Assembly (NCBI GenBank): GCA_946965045.2
Contig: OX337228.1
Coordinates: forward strand, 1,736,001 to 1,800,000
DNA: 64,000 nt
From: Epithemia pelagica
Taxonomy: Eukaryota; Protista; Bacillariophyta
Direction: 5' to 3'
Part shown: positions 20,101 through 28,905 of the stretch, piece by piece
Numbering within the stretch: the stretch's first letter is position 1
How the letters are laid out: every line of letters begins with the position of its first letter
Program-made: the position numbers and the translations under genes
The notes under the pieces: model-generated
What the model was told of the DNA's origin: nothing
Seen by the model: the letters and a program-made list of their open reading frames with translations, nothing else
The model's database searches: none

Positions 20101-20651
20101 AAATTGTCACAAACGGCCGTTTCGGTCATCCAGAAACAATCGTAACAATTTCCTCGTAACAAGGTCAAGAAATTATAATCGTCCATTCCTCCCTCCAATG
20201 CCAAGATCAAATCGCGCCATCGATCGCTCACCAATGGATTCCGACCAACCATGGAATTACCACCACCGGATCCAGCCTCCGCCACGGCAATGTCTTGAAT
20301 ATTAAAGTAGGCACCAAAGTTGGATCGAAATCGTTTCCATAACCGTACATCTTCCTCGGGCGAAACCAAGACCAGTTCTTTGGTATAATGACAACTCAAG
20401 TGGCTGTTGTTGCTGCTAGTGTTCTCATCCCCATTCGTCTCGGAGATGATCTTCTCCTCATCATCGTCATCGTCTTCATCGGCCTCTTGCTGCCATAGGG
20501 GATCCAACAAGTGCGAATCTTTTCGTGCCGCTTGCGCCAATCGTTTCCAAAATTGTAGTGCATAAACAGCAGTGGCATTCGCTCCCAATCGTTCAATTTC
20601 TGGATCGTTGCTAATATCCAAGGCAAAGCCATCGATGATTTCCTCCTCCAT
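17142..20651 (-). CDS. Multidomain protein: PBDC1/Chp1-like domain + PhyH-type Fe(II)/2OG dioxygenase + alpha/beta hydrolase
   Basis: One uninterrupted ORF. N-terminal domain: SNDPEIE...DYNFLTLLR...VPRAQFVLIEVTRIREG. Middle: WHRDG...NVFVPL..VDEENGTTEFVPRSH...AGSAIVFDVRVFHRGLAN..DRPVLY. C-terminal: LVVFSSLG...LGDSMGGGAAL...DDH. Confidence 0.8.
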   Translation of the reverse strand: MEEEIIDGFALDISNDPEIERLGANATAVYALQFWKRLAQAARKDSHLLDPLWQQEADEDDDDDEEKIISETNGDENTSSNNSHLSCHYTKELVLVSPEEDVRLWKRFRSNFGAYFNIQDIAVAEAGSGGGNSMVGRNPLVSDRWRDLILALEGGMDDYNFLTLLRGNCYDCFWMTETAVCDNLLVVPRAQFVLIEVTRIREGLYHGKFRKALQGFDLQSTSKVLKDYMDHQNDSTNNNRNTTAPSARMVWQTVQRLQQDWPYCPPLSRFKKSGLQRSLRGILQQQQQQPTQDALTNSDQNISFCHVQQACQALWDQWRDIYRLGQLHFDKSFPTSPNASKQTKEQIEALERATKALIRRPDKQQDSQAVVSPSEKKDNRDSTPKPITMETVTTTVRVDHDDDKVDERIGQIFDEYGMVIVPDLLTSLYSEDNHDGSSTMDTLLDSYRQQADKALEQLQRDKLDPLGLSVNGAEAFDMVHVRQRPGHRVDNRYGILSDSQSPLAQLAQKLAQQLGRLLFPTEGEGDAASSFPTLKVLHGGVVHAFARASQEDPVPPAQFWHRDGPSLFANPQKHHPTHCFNVFVPLINVDEENGTTEFVPRSHVDAYYNEWAPDLVLWAQQQDKDKNSQHAVSPCHERAIRALVPAGSAIVFDVRVFHRGLANLSLQDRPVLYFTLARDWFQEQHMFAQEGEDEKQESPQTIAEKEYARAACHQLYRLVMSKDVPNDSTDDVAGHPHYTTRFDLHLWEEQQKQGRQEPNYYMAAMTFVLTFLNCSETEKHDMYQELIAALLNPASRERKQEVLATAKAARKRAQTDKDDEEKKDFASISTDLSDVQALYQLTGTMWIMESPSLARRAGSLLPVNEFSVCFLLALFKAHEASTRLGKKKESSTGAAQVPSVLLEEAFSSWWHGGKDRFAFWHDKPNDLEARAECNLLVVFSSLGSGLARPEWNGTIQSFLSKQQQEPKDNTTIGGTPPQSKWHVLQVLDPAFSWYSQDPTCQWQGYSYYLKELTQRVAGYRCILYLGDSMGGGAALRFSSLAHGVLCFTPQIDLQSYPAITRCDFTSTLRQDYQTQILESVQGTASSSCKQRTRYRIHYGRYCPEDVRQVSLLSSTPLQQPASNQQENLQLIAHDYDDHVLSLHLREQGVLSSLVEEALVELAAAVEQGS

Positions 20652-21131
20652 GTTCGATTCGCTTCTCTTATTGGCGTCGTTCACAAGATATGAATCTTTT
20701 GGAGAGAAAAAAAATGAATGCGTGGCGGAAAAAATGAGGTCGAATGAGCGGGCGGGGGACAGACTGTATCGGTTTGTGAGGGACTTTTTGTTGTAGGGGA
20801 TTTTTCCCCCCCGGTCCCCGTCATTCCGCCGTCGGTCTCCGACAATAAAGATCTTGTATCGCGCGACCCGGAAAACGACTTCCCAGATCTCGTGCTTGCT
20901 TCTTTCGACTTTTCAACATACACTTTATATGAAAGAAATATTCATTGAGATCTGGGTAGTCACCGAAAAATGCAAATCCAGTCGTCACGCATTGTTTGTA
21001 ACTTGTAACCCAAACAGAAGACAGAAAACAGAACATCCGCAAACCCCCGACAACAACAGCCATAGTTCATAGTCCCCTTTTTTGCTTGATCCATTTGTTA
21101 AGGAGTCAGGGCGTGTCGCTTCAGTGGAATC

Positions 21132-21794
21132 ATGATCAAGACTGTGGATCGTTCTTCTTCGTCGTCTTTTCCTGGACGGCCGCGACTCACAACCTATTTG
21201 AGCCTCGTTGTTGTGGTCATGTCTTGTGTGACGGTGGTTGTGGAAGGCCTTGAGATGCCATCTCCGCAGGTCGATACCTCTTACTTTCAGCCTAAAATGG
21301 CCACAGAACAAGACCATACCAAGAAGGACTCCAAAGAGGAAGGTGCACTCGTTGTGGTACGAAAGGAACCCCACCAAGAGGATCTGGTCGTCTCCAGAGA
21401 GTCCTCCTCCTCGTCATCTTTCAATCTTACTCAACATGAACCATGCTCCTCGTCGTCCACGACTCCAGCGTCCACCAACACTTCCTCATACCAGGCCCGA
21501 TCCGATGCCTCCAACAACCAGGAAATGGTCGACTACTTGTCACAATTGGAACAACGATTGACACGTATTGAAGATTCGCAACGTGACTTGCTTCGCATGC
21601 GAAATGAAACGAGATCGTTTGTCTTGGAGTCGATTCGGTTGATGGTGGTTTCAGCAATACCCATGATTTGCTTCGGTGTCTTGATTGCAACCTCAATGTG
21701 GGTTCTCTTTCACTTGATTGTGTGGCTCTCGGATCTTTTCTTTTTTCTAGAGTATGGTTATTTGAGCAAAAGAGTTGGAGGCTTATCGTGCTAG
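21132..21794 (+). CDS. Hypothetical membrane protein (N-terminal hydrophobic segment, coiled coil, C-terminal TM region)
   Basis: ATG-initiated 220-aa ORF with LSLVVVVMSCVTVVVEG, a heptad segment LSQLEQRLTRIEDSQRDL and a long C-terminal hydrophobic stretch. No family recognised. Confidence 0.6.
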   Translation: MIKTVDRSSSSSFPGRPRLTTYLSLVVVVMSCVTVVVEGLEMPSPQVDTSYFQPKMATEQDHTKKDSKEEGALVVVRKEPHQEDLVVSRESSSSSSFNLTQHEPCSSSSTTPASTNTSSYQARSDASNNQEMVDYLSQLEQRLTRIEDSQRDLLRMRNETRSFVLESIRLMVVSAIPMICFGVLIATSMWVLFHLIVWLSDLFFFLEYGYLSKRVGGLSC

Positions 21795-22214
21795 ACAACA
21801 GGGATAGGTAATTAGGTCTATGCGTTGGCAGGCAGACTTTGGAAAAATGTTGAGGAACAAGTTAAGTGAGTGAGCGATGACTCAAAACCAGGAGTTATGT
21901 TGTTACAAAAGTTGACATGGTCTCCATCAGTAGAGAACCCTTTTGACGAGTTTATTTTCCCCATGTATGTGCTCATCTCCAACAAGAAGCCGTCGATAGC
22001 GTCTCCTCTACAACCCTGATTTTTCGAATGGCGTCAGAATGACTCTGCATTTTACAAAGCATTTTCTAGGGCAAAAGATACTACTTCTTGGAGGCAAACA
22101 GAAACAGACCCTTGTCATCGTCCTTGGAGCTTTGTACGCTGAGGGACGACGCCTCTAGGACGCGGAAACGACATGCCACTGCATATTGCTATATCTCATT
22201 GCTGGGACTATCGT

Positions 22215-24023
22215 TCAATCTTCTTCTTCTTCTTCGTCTTCTTCTTTGTGTTCCACCTGTTCATTGGTGTCGTCATGGTCCTCCTCTTCCTCTTCTCCTG
22301 GATAGGCGAGAAAGGCTTCCATGGATGGTCCAAATTGGACCAAGAAAACGGATGCTTCATCATCTACCGGCATGGGAGGAATATAGGTTCGAAGGACCAT
22401 GCCCAGTTCCGTCGTTTCATCGTCGTCCTCATTTGTTTCTGCCTGGTTTAGATCCGTTTCCGAATCGGGTGATTGTGACATTGTCTTGGACGTTTCCTCC
22501 TCGTCCTCACGACTACTAGTGATGGTGGTGGCGGTGGCGGTGGCAGAAGGTTCGGGTGTGACAAAGGGCAAATCAATACGTTCTCGAGTTTCCTCCTCCT
22601 CATTTACCTGCGTCGTCAAGTGTACCGTCGGATAGGAAAGGGGTTCAAAACACAGCTTCGGAATGGCAAAGCTATTAGTTGTTGCAGTTCTTGTGGTTAC
22701 CAATGGTGTCTCATTGACACACGACTCTTCTTGTTGTTGTTGTTCCATGGCGAGCAAGGCTTGTCGAATCTCTGGAGGCAAGGGTTGAACTCCGGCTGGA
22801 CCCTGATTGGTCCACACATTGACCAAAAAGGTGATGCGTTTCGTGTCACGAGGTGGAGCGGTGGTGGTATTAGTTGTTTGGAATGGTCGTGACAGGCCGG
22901 CATGATAGGGTGCCCCATGCAACCATTGTCCATCAAAGACAATATGTCGACCCATGTGCGGATAACTCACCCACATTTGATCCATCCTACCATGGGTTTC
23001 GTCGTCCTGCTGGTCATTGTGATAACAATGAGGAACCACCAGAGTAGGCATACTACTGCTCATTGACGTGTCGTTGTTCTTGTCGTCGTCGACAGGGTGA
23101 TGGTGGTTAAGGCCCGTCAAGTAGGTGACGGTCGACCAAGTAGGAAAGAGTCCCACTCCAAAAGACTCTGCCACGACTTCATCCTTGTCAAAATGCAAAT
23201 CAATCGATGGTGTTGTCGTTGTTGTGGTGGACAAGTCTTTGACTTGAACCCACCACTCCACTCCACCTCCATCCAATGCACAAGAGGAATCCATATGTTG
23301 TTGGCCAATTTGACAAGCGACGCGTTCCAAGGCACACATGGTCGTATCGTCTCGAAGAATGTCGTTCTGGGTCGTCGTTTGGTGGAAGGGAATCCAAAAG
23401 GTTTCTTTGGAGTGTTGTACCAATTCCATGGCTTGCTGTCGCAGCAAGAGACTGAGTGAACTCGGTGTTTGTGGATCATTCTCTGTGGAGGAAGCTAGAA
23501 GAAATTGAGGAATTTGATAGGCACGTCGTTGGTGCGGCGCAAACAAGGAATGGTCCATCTCGTCTTTGTGGTTGTCGTCGCCGTCTGGTTGGATCTGTGG
23601 TGCCTCGGTTGTGCATGGCCAGAGGGACTGGACATACAACCGAGAGGGCTCGACAAGTTGACAGGAAGGACTGGTCAAGGTGCAGCAATCGCAATACGCT
23701 CGTGCCGTTCCCAAATACTGTACGGCCAAAGACTTGTTCTTGTTGTTGGATGGGTTGTCATCGGCTGGTTCGTCTTGGTCGTCCTTGTCGTTGTAGCCAT
23801 GACAGTACATGGCACAAGCATGACACACCACCCACAGAGCGCCACTGTCGGGGTGATTTTCATCAGTTTTCTGCTCGAGAGCCTCGTCGTCGTCGTCGGC
23901 TTGTTCTTTGGTGTTGCTGCCTGTGGTAGGATTCGCAATGGCATAGATATCTTGCAAGACGGGCGTCGTTCCTGTCAAGGCCCGTGTACAATAACAAGAA
24001 TACGACATTTCCTCTACTCTCAT
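22215..24023 (-). CDS. UBR-box-like zinc finger fused to a 2OG-Fe(II) oxygenase domain
   Basis: N-terminal SCYCT...QDIYAI...VVCHACAMYCHG...YCDCC. C-terminal GVEWWVQ, DLHFDKDE (HxD), PTWSTVTYLT, VFDGQWLHGAP and RITFLVNVW. The tail is acidic. Confidence 0.75.
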   Translation of the reverse strand: MRVEEMSYSCYCTRALTGTTPVLQDIYAIANPTTGSNTKEQADDDDEALEQKTDENHPDSGALWVVCHACAMYCHGYNDKDDQDEPADDNPSNNKNKSLAVQYLGTARAYCDCCTLTSPSCQLVEPSRLYVQSLWPCTTEAPQIQPDGDDNHKDEMDHSLFAPHQRRAYQIPQFLLASSTENDPQTPSSLSLLLRQQAMELVQHSKETFWIPFHQTTTQNDILRDDTTMCALERVACQIGQQHMDSSCALDGGGVEWWVQVKDLSTTTTTTPSIDLHFDKDEVVAESFGVGLFPTWSTVTYLTGLNHHHPVDDDKNNDTSMSSSMPTLVVPHCYHNDQQDDETHGRMDQMWVSYPHMGRHIVFDGQWLHGAPYHAGLSRPFQTTNTTTAPPRDTKRITFLVNVWTNQGPAGVQPLPPEIRQALLAMEQQQQEESCVNETPLVTTRTATTNSFAIPKLCFEPLSYPTVHLTTQVNEEEETRERIDLPFVTPEPSATATATTITSSREDEEETSKTMSQSPDSETDLNQAETNEDDDETTELGMVLRTYIPPMPVDDEASVFLVQFGPSMEAFLAYPGEEEEEDHDDTNEQVEHKEEDEEEEED

Positions 24024-24266
24024 CCATTGAATCCAGGAAGGAAACGACGACAAAACGTTGTAGTGCGGGGATGATCCAAAACGTGATGGATGATACTCCT
24101 ATTATGGATAATGGATCTTCTGGTGTTGTGAGGAAAGATCCAAGGAAAACTGAGACACATAGCTTTTGGAGCTACTCCTATTATTACTCCAACTCTACCC
24201 ACTCTATTATACCCCACCATAGTCTCATGGAGTGACTCTCTAGTATGGGTGCAGTCTTCTCGCTAC

Positions 24267-24338
24267 GAAGGCCATGAGGGCAATAACACGTTTCATGCCT
24301 TTGAAGGCCATGAGGGCAATAACACGTTTCATCCCTTT
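24267..24338. repeat. 36-bp direct tandem repeat x2 (one mismatch)
   Basis: gaaggccatgagggcaataacacgtttcat(g/c)ccttt at 24267 and 24303, with no spacer between copies. Confidence 0.95.
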
Positions 24339-24545
24339 TGAGGAGAGAGCTCAAGAATCACTAGAGACAACAGTATTCTTTGATAACAGAGTAATCAATG
24401 TCGAGGAGAGTCGGTTGTGACTCTACTAGAATAGTACGAAACAGTCGAATGTGAAGGTCCACCCAGTTCCCCAGTGCGTATAGATACGGATATGTCACAA
24501 CAACAACAACCACATTCCCCATTTGTGAGACATGCGTCGGCGTTG

Positions 24546-26258
24546 TCATCTTTTGGAAGTGGTGATGACAAGGGTCGTCGTTTTTGGCTCGAGTGAACCA
24601 ATGTGCTTTCGGGGATCATTGTCACCGTCCTTACGGTCTTCTTCTTTTTGTTGTTGCTGCTGCTGTCCATGGATGGTTTCAGTCTCGTTTCCTCCTTCTT
24701 CTTGGTTTTCGTTTTCCTCCGGCTCTTCCTCTTCCTCATTACTACAACTTTCTTCTTCTTCGTCGTCGTCATTGTCGTCTTCCAGGGATTGCGTCAAGGG
24801 TTCTCGGAGTGCCTGGCTTGTTTTTTGGACTGCTCTCACAAATGGTACACAGGTCCATTGTAGCACTCGTTTCTTTTTGGTAGCAGTACTTCTTCGACTA
24901 GTACTACTAGGACTGTCACCGTCCATACTGCCTGGGTGTGTCCTGTTGGACGAACCACCATCACCATGACCGAGGGAAGGTGAATGGAAGGATGGTGGTG
25001 ATGATGGCTGTGGCTGGTCGTTCTGTGGTTCTTGTTCTTGCAGCCAGAGGAACCGTCCTCCCTGATTCAAGACGGTACGAACAATGCTTTGAGAAACCAA
25101 ATTGCGATGTCGTTTGGGAACTTGCTTGTACAATTTTTTGTTGTGATCGACAATTCGACGATAGACAATGTTCCCGGGATGCTTGTTTATGAGACCCCCT
25201 CGTCCACACAAGACGTCGGCATTGGTGGGTGTCGACGCAATGGACATATCGTCCTTTCCCACAGCAGCAGCAGCAGCAGCAGCAGCAGTACCTTCGGCAT
25301 CTTGGACGTTGTGTAGATCCGACGAGCTGGGTGTTCTCGTGCTGGACGAGGATGGAGGAGGAGATGAATGGGATAGAGGAGACGTTGGACGACTTGTGGT
25401 TGTGGCAGGGTGTGCCGTGCTGGAAGAAATAGCAGTCGTAGCAGCATTGGTTGTTGAACGTTCTGTGAGCGCACTCTTCCAATCCGTTCCAGTCGCTGTA
25501 GTGTCGGGACCGTTGGTCGGTTGTTGCACAGAGAAGGAGGAGGACACGCACGAGATTGGTGGTGACTGGTGTATCGTGGCATTGTTTGCTTCTTGCTGTT
25601 GCTGCTGCTGTTCTTCTTCTTCCACTCTGGATTGAAGCAAGCTGGCTGCAAAGAGAAGTTTGAGTCCAACTTGCGCTTTATCACTCTCTCCCTCTTCCTG
25701 TTGTGGCTGGTAGGAGCATGGACGAAATGCTGGATGCTGCTGATTGAGATTCGAGGTGGAGGTGGTTGGTGACATTGTTGTTCCCTGTGGTACTCCATCT
25801 GCAAGTCCACAACAGACGGAGGGACCTTCCTGCGTCACTCTCCGAGTGGTCTTGGAGGCTCGTGGTTGAGGATCCGACTCCTTCCTCGTGTTTGAGCCAA
25901 AGGAAGACCAACCGTCTTGTCCTTTGTGAATCATTATTCCAGCAGTTGTAGGAGTGTGCTGGCCCAAGAAAGAAGATGATGATTTCATGGTGGATGGTTC
26001 GGCGGAAGAGGATGGTAGTTTCAGCAAGGCAGCGGTACCTTCCAACAACGAACTGGTGGTAACATTGGCAAAGACATGGTGTTGTTCCTTCTGACCAGGG
26101 GAACGACTACGCTTGGAGGTTGTTGTCGTTGTTGTTGTTGTTGTGGATGATTCTGTGTGGTGAATGGTGAGTTCCGAAGTATGAAGAAATGAATCCGAGG
26201 GATGATTATTATTTCTTTCACTGCTTCTGGTTGTCCCCGCCAAAGGATTGGGCGACAT
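24546..26258 (-). CDS. DUF6824-domain protein (diatom-expanded family) in a low-complexity backbone
   Basis: DVLCGRGGLINKHPGNIVYRRIV...SIVRTVLNQGGRFL...KTSQALRE. The start codon is uncertain (ATG at 26258 or 25988). Confidence 0.8.
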   Translation of the reverse strand: MSPNPLAGTTRSSERNNNHPSDSFLHTSELTIHHTESSTTTTTTTTTSKRSRSPGQKEQHHVFANVTTSSLLEGTAALLKLPSSSAEPSTMKSSSSFLGQHTPTTAGIMIHKGQDGWSSFGSNTRKESDPQPRASKTTRRVTQEGPSVCCGLADGVPQGTTMSPTTSTSNLNQQHPAFRPCSYQPQQEEGESDKAQVGLKLLFAASLLQSRVEEEEQQQQQQEANNATIHQSPPISCVSSSFSVQQPTNGPDTTATGTDWKSALTERSTTNAATTAISSSTAHPATTTSRPTSPLSHSSPPPSSSSTRTPSSSDLHNVQDAEGTAAAAAAAAVGKDDMSIASTPTNADVLCGRGGLINKHPGNIVYRRIVDHNKKLYKQVPKRHRNLVSQSIVRTVLNQGGRFLWLQEQEPQNDQPQPSSPPSFHSPSLGHGDGGSSNRTHPGSMDGDSPSSTSRRSTATKKKRVLQWTCVPFVRAVQKTSQALREPLTQSLEDDNDDDEEEESCSNEEEEEPEENENQEEGGNETETIHGQQQQQQKEEDRKDGDNDPRKHIGSLEPKTTTLVITTSKR

Positions 26259-26570
26259 GAGTTTTAACGCATTCGTATCGAATAGGGGGCCAAGAGGAGA
26301 ACGAATAGAAGAGGATATCAGTAGTATTTGTTTTGTTGATGGCCGGCTTCTCCTGGATTGAGTATGAAACCCCGGTTGGCACCACACATTTTCTAGAAAA
26401 TGTGTGGATGGAGCAGAAAAAAAGAAATCTTTCAAGTCGTATATTGGTCGCTCTATTAGAGCGACTGCAGAAAGTTCTTTGGCTGGCTCACTCCCGCGGA
26501 TTCGGGAATCGACAATGACGTGTTTTACAGTTCTTGTCCTCCGTCTCATCTCATTTTTGGAGCAATTTTG

Positions 26571-28805
26571 ATGACCACCATGACAATGATGGCAGCTCGT
26601 TCCCTCGTTGGTCGGGGGCTTCTAAACACTAGTCGCTATGTGGGTATGAAAAGATCTGCGCTCGTTCTGGGAGCAGCGGCAACGGCAACCACAGTGGCTG
26701 TTGTTTCCGCAAACAAGAAGGAGGAGAATTCTTTTCTGAATTTTTTTGTGCCGCAATGGACCGTGTCGACCAGTTCAACGACTGCCTATTGTGATGCGGC
26801 TGCGGCGGTTTCCCAAAATAGCGACGCTTTGGGCAAGGATACGACGTTGAAACCAAACCAGGAGGAGGAGGAGGAGGAACTGTTGGCCTCTTCCATGGCG
26901 GTGGTCAGTGAGAAGGAGTCGCTCTTGTCCTATTTGTCGTCGTCCGAACTGACCCTCCCAGCCCTGGAAGCTGCCGTTCGAGCCGCACGTCTCGGCTGGA
27001 CGGTCATGGGAATGATTGCCGATTACAAATTAGGTGATTTTGATCTACTTTCCACATCCACAACGACAGAATCGGACGATCCTCGTGTCCAAGCGCTGGA
27101 AAACGAACTCGATTCCTGTCGTGAGGCACTGGAACAAGCCCAATTACACTATTCTCGGTCCTCCCATGAACATATCCCCTCTCTAACGGACCGAGTCAAA
27201 GCCAAACGACTTGAAAAACAAGCCATGATGGACGCTGCTCATCGACTGGCACAAGCCGAAGAAGACTTGGCCCTCTTTCTCGCCTCGCAAGTCACGGACG
27301 ATACGACCCAAAACAGCAGCAACAACAATACTCCCACAACACGCCGGGGTCGGCAACACCAACGAGCGGCCAATCGACTACTGGACTTGTGTCGGCGGAA
27401 CGGCGGTGTTTACATTAAAATTGGGCAGCATTTGGCCAATTTGGACTACCTTTTGCCGGATGAGTACATTGCGACCCTGTCGTCCTTGTTTGACGATACA
27501 CCCCAAACCAGTTATGAAAATGTAGCAGCCGTTATTGCCGAAGAGTTGGGTGCGCCGCCGGATGCATTGTTTGATGGCTTTGAACGACAACCCATGGCCT
27601 CGGCCAGTTTGGCCCAAGTGCATGTGGCCTATGACAAAGCGACGGGTCGTAAATTGGCCGTCAAGGTACAACACCGAGGATTGCGCGAAACCTCCCGCGG
27701 AGATTTATATGCCTTGGTATCGGTCGTTCACTGGGCCGAACGTGTCTTTGCCGATTCCTTTACCTATGGATGGTTGGCCGATGAAATTGCACCGCACTTG
27801 CCCAAAGAGTTGGATTTTGTGAACGAAGGTCGAAATGCCGAACGAGCGGCCCATGCCTTGCAAACGTACCACCAGGAATTGGATTGTGTGGTGCCAAAGA
27901 TTGACTGGTCTCACACCACGGCACGTGTCTTGACCATGGAATTTGAAGAGGGTACCAAGGCCACCAATGTCGAAGCCATTCAAGCCATGGGATTGCAACC
28001 ACGGCAGGTTGCCCATTTGATTTCGTCCGTCTTTGCGTCTCAAATCTTTGGGGATTCCGGTGGGTGGGTACACTGCGATCCTCATCCGGGAAATTTACTG
28101 GTTCGTCCCAATATCAAGACGGGTCGTCCTCAATTGGTCTTGCTCGATCATGGTTTGTATCGCGAGTTGGACCGGGACTTTTGTTTCCACTATGCGCAAC
28201 TGTGGAAAAGTCTCTTTTTGGCTGATTTGTCCGGTATTCAAAAAGCCTGCTTCCAACTGGGTGTCGATCAAGCCTATCCCCTCTTTGCGGCTGTCTTGAC
28301 GGCTCGTCCCTTTGACGAATTGATTGAACGATCCAAACAACCCTCCTTGTCCTTGCCTACTACTACCACCTCACCACATCCTTCTTCCACGACGACGGGG
28401 AATGCAGACGCCTCGTCGCATCGTGCCGATCATGCCATTATGCGAGGCTATGCCCAAAATTACATGGGTCAAATTTTTGACTTGTTAGGTTCCTTGCCCC
28501 GACAAATGCTACTCTTGTTGAAACTGAACGATTGTTTGCGTCATGTCGATGCCTTGTTGTTGGGTTCGCCGACCAATGCCAATACCTTGCTCGTGAGTGG
28601 TCGGTATGCCAGTCATGCCATCTGCCAACACACCTGGCAGAGTACGACGGCAAGCCTGTGGGAAAAATGTCATGCCTGGTGGAGTTGGATCCAAGTGTTG
28701 TGGCGGATTCAATTGCATGATGTAGCCGTCTGGTGGATTCAACAACAACATCGACCCAGTTGGCGACAATGGTTGGAACCACGTTCCACGGCCGCCGTCG
28801 CGTAA
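26571..28805 (+). CDS. ABC1/aarF-domain atypical kinase (ADCK1-like), probably mitochondrial
   Basis: NGGVYIKIGQHL, ASASLAQVH, AVKVQH, ELDFVNEG, HCDPHPGN and LLDHG. The N-terminus is an Arg/Ser-rich presequence followed by a hydrophobic anchor. Confidence 0.92.
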   Translation: MTTMTMMAARSLVGRGLLNTSRYVGMKRSALVLGAAATATTVAVVSANKKEENSFLNFFVPQWTVSTSSTTAYCDAAAAVSQNSDALGKDTTLKPNQEEEEEELLASSMAVVSEKESLLSYLSSSELTLPALEAAVRAARLGWTVMGMIADYKLGDFDLLSTSTTTESDDPRVQALENELDSCREALEQAQLHYSRSSHEHIPSLTDRVKAKRLEKQAMMDAAHRLAQAEEDLALFLASQVTDDTTQNSSNNNTPTTRRGRQHQRAANRLLDLCRRNGGVYIKIGQHLANLDYLLPDEYIATLSSLFDDTPQTSYENVAAVIAEELGAPPDALFDGFERQPMASASLAQVHVAYDKATGRKLAVKVQHRGLRETSRGDLYALVSVVHWAERVFADSFTYGWLADEIAPHLPKELDFVNEGRNAERAAHALQTYHQELDCVVPKIDWSHTTARVLTMEFEEGTKATNVEAIQAMGLQPRQVAHLISSVFASQIFGDSGGWVHCDPHPGNLLVRPNIKTGRPQLVLLDHGLYRELDRDFCFHYAQLWKSLFLADLSGIQKACFQLGVDQAYPLFAAVLTARPFDELIERSKQPSLSLPTTTTSPHPSSTTTGNADASSHRADHAIMRGYAQNYMGQIFDLLGSLPRQMLLLLKLNDCLRHVDALLLGSPTNANTLLVSGRYASHAICQHTWQSTTASLWEKCHAWWSWIQVLWRIQLHDVAVWWIQQQHRPSWRQWLEPRSTAAVA

Positions 28806-28905
28806 TGGAACAACAAGTGACAAAGGAATTTGATGTACATATAGTAGTAGTTGTTGTTGTAATAGAAAAGGTATAGAGTGCTCAAGTAACAAAATTTGGT
28901 TTGGA

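Noticed and set aside
24267-24338. 36-bp repeat as a CRISPR array
   Set aside because: Only two abutting copies, no spacer, no cas genes, and a eukaryotic context.
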